A stretch of DNA of 23,844 bases, taken from Lobosporangium transversale. Taxonomy: Eukaryota. The stretch covers positions 620,001 to 643,844 of the forward strand of contig NW_019029001.1 of NCBI RefSeq assembly GCF_002105155.1. Direction: 5' to 3'. Below are positions 21,417 through 23,844 of the stretch, in pieces. The translations under genes and the position numbers were made by a program. The notes below the pieces were generated by a model. That model saw only the letters and a program-made list of their open reading frames with translations, had not been told where the DNA came from and searched no databases. How positions within the stretch are numbered: position 1 is the first letter of the stretch; every line of letters begins with the position of its first letter.

Positions 21417-23754
21417 GAGTCCTCGCCAAAAAGTCATAAACTGGATATATTTTTCAGGCTTTTAAATTGAATAGAATACTTCCACTTTTAGACGCAGGAA
21501 AAATACGTACAAACTCAAAATTTTAATTTTTACGAGAGCGTTTTCGATAAGAGGCTCGTCCTCAGACTCGCTATCCTCTATCACATTAAACATGCTTCCA
21601 GCATCTAGCGTAAGATCCACTATCTCAGGGCCTAGGGTAACAGCTTCAGCTCGCTCTTGATTTAGTACTCTAATGAGTTCTGCATCCCACTCACTATTGT
21701 CGACTTTGAAAGTGTCACTAAGGTCCACAATAGGCTCGTTTTCATCAAAAACCTCTTGATAAACCTCTTCGACTATTTCTTCCTGTGCATGACTCCTCTC
21801 GTTATAGTATCTCATGCCAATTTTCACAGACTTCTTCCATACAGAGTAAAAGACTTTACACGGAATCTGGGAAAACAAGCTTAGTAGCCTTTTTTTCAGC
21901 AAGATGGATGTCATTGTCACCATTGCTCTCGAGGCAATTATGTTTTTCACAACTGCCCAGATCTTCTCAATAGGTTGTAGCTCGCAATGGTAGGGTGGAG
22001 TCTTGAGGATTTCATGTCCACCATTCTCCTGGGCTATTTTACTGATAGAGAAATACGACTCATCAGGAAGAGCGTTAACCAATTCCATAAGCTCGTTTTT
22101 GTTCAGTGCTTTTCCATTTTCCCTTGTTGGAATAACAATCTCCTTGCCCGTGAGCCACTCTTTGATAGTTTTCACAGTGTCGCTCTTGGTTGGTTTCCTG
22201 TTTTTCTTGTGAAAGTGATATGAAGCGCCATCAAGATGGATTTTACAAGGGCCAAGTCCCATCTTATTGAGATTCTCACAAAGTCGCTTAAAGATACTAT
22301 CGAACAAACTAGCGTTGAAGTTTCCATGATAATCGTGATCTGTTGCCACGACCCCTGCATTCCTGATCTCCTCAGGTACGTCATCCCACAGTTCAGCCTC
22401 CTGCTCTTGGCCTTTTTTTGATTGAGGCTTTGGTCCCTTTGATGGCCAAACATACACGCTATCATTAACGAATTTGCCTTCAACCTTTTTAGCAGCTTCA
22501 TCATAATATACAATGAAGGCTGCAAATATAACCATGATTGGTTTCCTTCCTGCATCGTTAATGACACCACCGCCACTTTGCACCCAACGTCTTGCTGCAG
22601 CATGGTCAATGTGGCAGTAAGACTCGTCCAAGAAGACCTCTGGAGTCCTAGGCACCCAACTGCCGTCTACTAGTTTTAAATTCTTAAGACGGCGCTTCAG
22701 GTAAGTAGCTCGGAAGGCAATATTCTCCTTGGAGTCGTGCAAAAAGTTCTGTCGGATCCCTTTACCCCAATACAGTCCCATTTTACGGAGGTCGCGAGTG
22801 ATTGATCTTGCTGATCTGTCGATTTCAAAGTCTTCTTTCAGTTGGTTTGCAATTAAACCCGCAGAATTAGGAGTCCCGCTCTTGTTTGATTCAACTATGA
22901 TATTCAGCACCTTCGAGTTTAAATCCTTGTCCGCTTCTTTTTTAGGGCGTCCAGTTCTTCCTCGCCCTGTCATTTCGACGATGCCTGTTTGTGCATATTT
23001 AATTGCTGCCACACAAGTGTTTCTCCCTACACCCATCAGAATCGAAAGGTCCATTGCTCTGTTGTCTGTCTTCTTAAACCAGTCTTGGACTGCTGGTGGC
23101 GCATTCATTATAGCATTATATGTATGAGCTATTATCGCGTATTCGTCTTTAGTAACGGACGCTTTACTGCGTGTAAATGCCTTTTTTCTCTCTCCAGTTT
23201 GTTTGTCTGACAAGAATGGATTTAAATCGAGGGTATTGGGACGCTCACCGAATTGCTCTAATGAGGTAGAACTCCTTGGCTCGTTTCTGGGAGGAGTAAT
23301 CCATTGATATTCGGTAGGAGACCTAATAGGGGAGAGATCGGCTTCAGTGGGCAGTTGTGGCGATCTTCGAGGCGGAGTGAAGGGTGTGCCTGAAATCATT
23401 TGGTCGATATTTCCTTCGCTATACCAACCACCAAGATCGTTGTATGAGAGTAGGTTATTGATATCAAAAGGGAAAGACATTTTACTATCTGAAGATTGCG
23501 AATAAAGTAGGTTGACAATGAGGATGAGATCGAGAATGAGATTGAGAATGATGTTGCCCATTTCTCGCAAATTCTAATATTTCTAATTAAAAACGAAGAT
23601 TGAATTGGTTTGGTGGCCATGCATCTAATTCATTCCTTCTATTCAAAAAATATATGCATTTTTGTCTTCGTACGTAAATTTTTATTTTTCAAATTTTTAA
23701 TTCAAATTGAGTATTGTAAAATATATCCAGTTTATGACTTTTTGGCGAGGACTC
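21417..23754 (-). mobile_element. Complete IS630-Tc1-mariner DNA transposon (2338 bp), Sailor/DD82E-like
   Basis: Perfect 37-bp TIRs GAGTCCTCGCCAAAAAGTCATAAACTGGATATATTTT at 21417-21453 and 23718-23754. TA at 21415-21416 and 23755-23756. One long transposase ORF. Confidence 0.93.
21462..23480 (-). CDS. DDE transposase (ITm superfamily, DD87E), about 672 aa from MSFPFD. An in-frame upstream start exists at 23570.
   Basis: HTH-like region and GRTGRPKK. Catalytic motifs VFLDESY, IHLDGASYH and TPPYHCELQPIEKIW. 87 residues separate the second D (22232-22230) and the E (21968-21966). Confidence 0.9.
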   Translation of the reverse strand: MSFPFDINNLLSYNDLGGWYSEGNIDQMISGTPFTPPRRSPQLPTEADLSPIRSPTEYQWITPPRNEPRSSTSLEQFGERPNTLDLNPFLSDKQTGERKKAFTRSKASVTKDEYAIIAHTYNAIMNAPPAVQDWFKKTDNRAMDLSILMGVGRNTCVAAIKYAQTGIVEMTGRGRTGRPKKEADKDLNSKVLNIIVESNKSGTPNSAGLIANQLKEDFEIDRSARSITRDLRKMGLYWGKGIRQNFLHDSKENIAFRATYLKRRLKNLKLVDGSWVPRTPEVFLDESYCHIDHAAARRWVQSGGGVINDAGRKPIMVIFAAFIVYYDEAAKKVEGKFVNDSVYVWPSKGPKPQSKKGQEQEAELWDDVPEEIRNAGVVATDHDYHGNFNASLFDSIFKRLCENLNKMGLGPCKIHLDGASYHFHKKNRKPTKSDTVKTIKEWLTGKEIVIPTRENGKALNKNELMELVNALPDESYFSISKIAQENGGHEILKTPPYHCELQPIEKIWAVVKNIIASRAMVTMTSILLKKRLLSLFSQIPCKVFYSVWKKSVKIGMRYYNERSHAQEEIVEEVYQEVFDENEPIVDLSDTFKVDNSEWDAELIRVLNQERAEAVTLGPEIVDLTLDAGSMFNVIEDSESEDEPLIENALVKIKILSLYVFFLRLKVEVFYSI

Positions 23755-23844
23755 TAACAAAAAAGTGAAAATTGAAGACCTGGGTTGCCAAATAAGCCGG
23801 TGTGACTGCTAAATTAGGGGGGGGTTGTCAAATAAGAGTGACAA

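Larger units (their letters stand above)
20803..23844. mobile_element. Non-autonomous TIR (MITE-like) DNA element with repeated TATTTGACAACCC motifs, split by the ITm transposon. Right end runs off the window.
   Basis: About 20820-20854 is the near-perfect inverted complement of about 23812-23844. Motif copies or palindromes at 20804, 20830, 20881, 20914, 20939, 21393, 23782 and 23822. No coding capacity apart from the nested element. Confidence 0.7.

Noticed and set aside
12468..23210. Plus-strand ORFs overlapping LINE, gypsy and transposase genes
   Set aside because: Antisense shadows of minus-strand TE ORFs with no independent motifs.

Overview
Eukaryotic, intron-containing fungal-type DNA. 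The homopolymer-rich intergenic sequence and the TE families suggest an early-diverging fungus such as Mortierellaceae/Mucoromycota, which is an inference. Left half (1-11.4 kb): a six-exon secreted, probably GPI-anchored PLC-like phosphodiesterase gene (3241-4802, +), a probable decayed Ty3/gypsy relic (about 5.1-6.2 kb, -), and an intronless secreted protein with a His-brace/LPMO-like signature (10123-10809, +). Right half (11.47 kb to the end) is a nested TE pile. It holds several minus-strand RNase H-bearing non-LTR (LINE) fragments with poly(A) tails, one inserted in another with an 18-bp TSD. A candidate tRNA-derived SINE with a LINE-derived 3' tail (15362-15980, 18-bp TSD) sits in the 3' LTR of a Ty3/gypsy element whose pol is uninterrupted. 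The gypsy gag is broken by a palindrome-rich non-autonomous TIR element, which hosts an apparently intact IS630-Tc1-mariner transposon (37-bp perfect TIRs, TA TSD, DD87E, Sailor-like). The best leads are the SINE/LINE partner pair sharing a covarying 3' stem-loop and the unclassified LPMO-like protein. No database searches were run.
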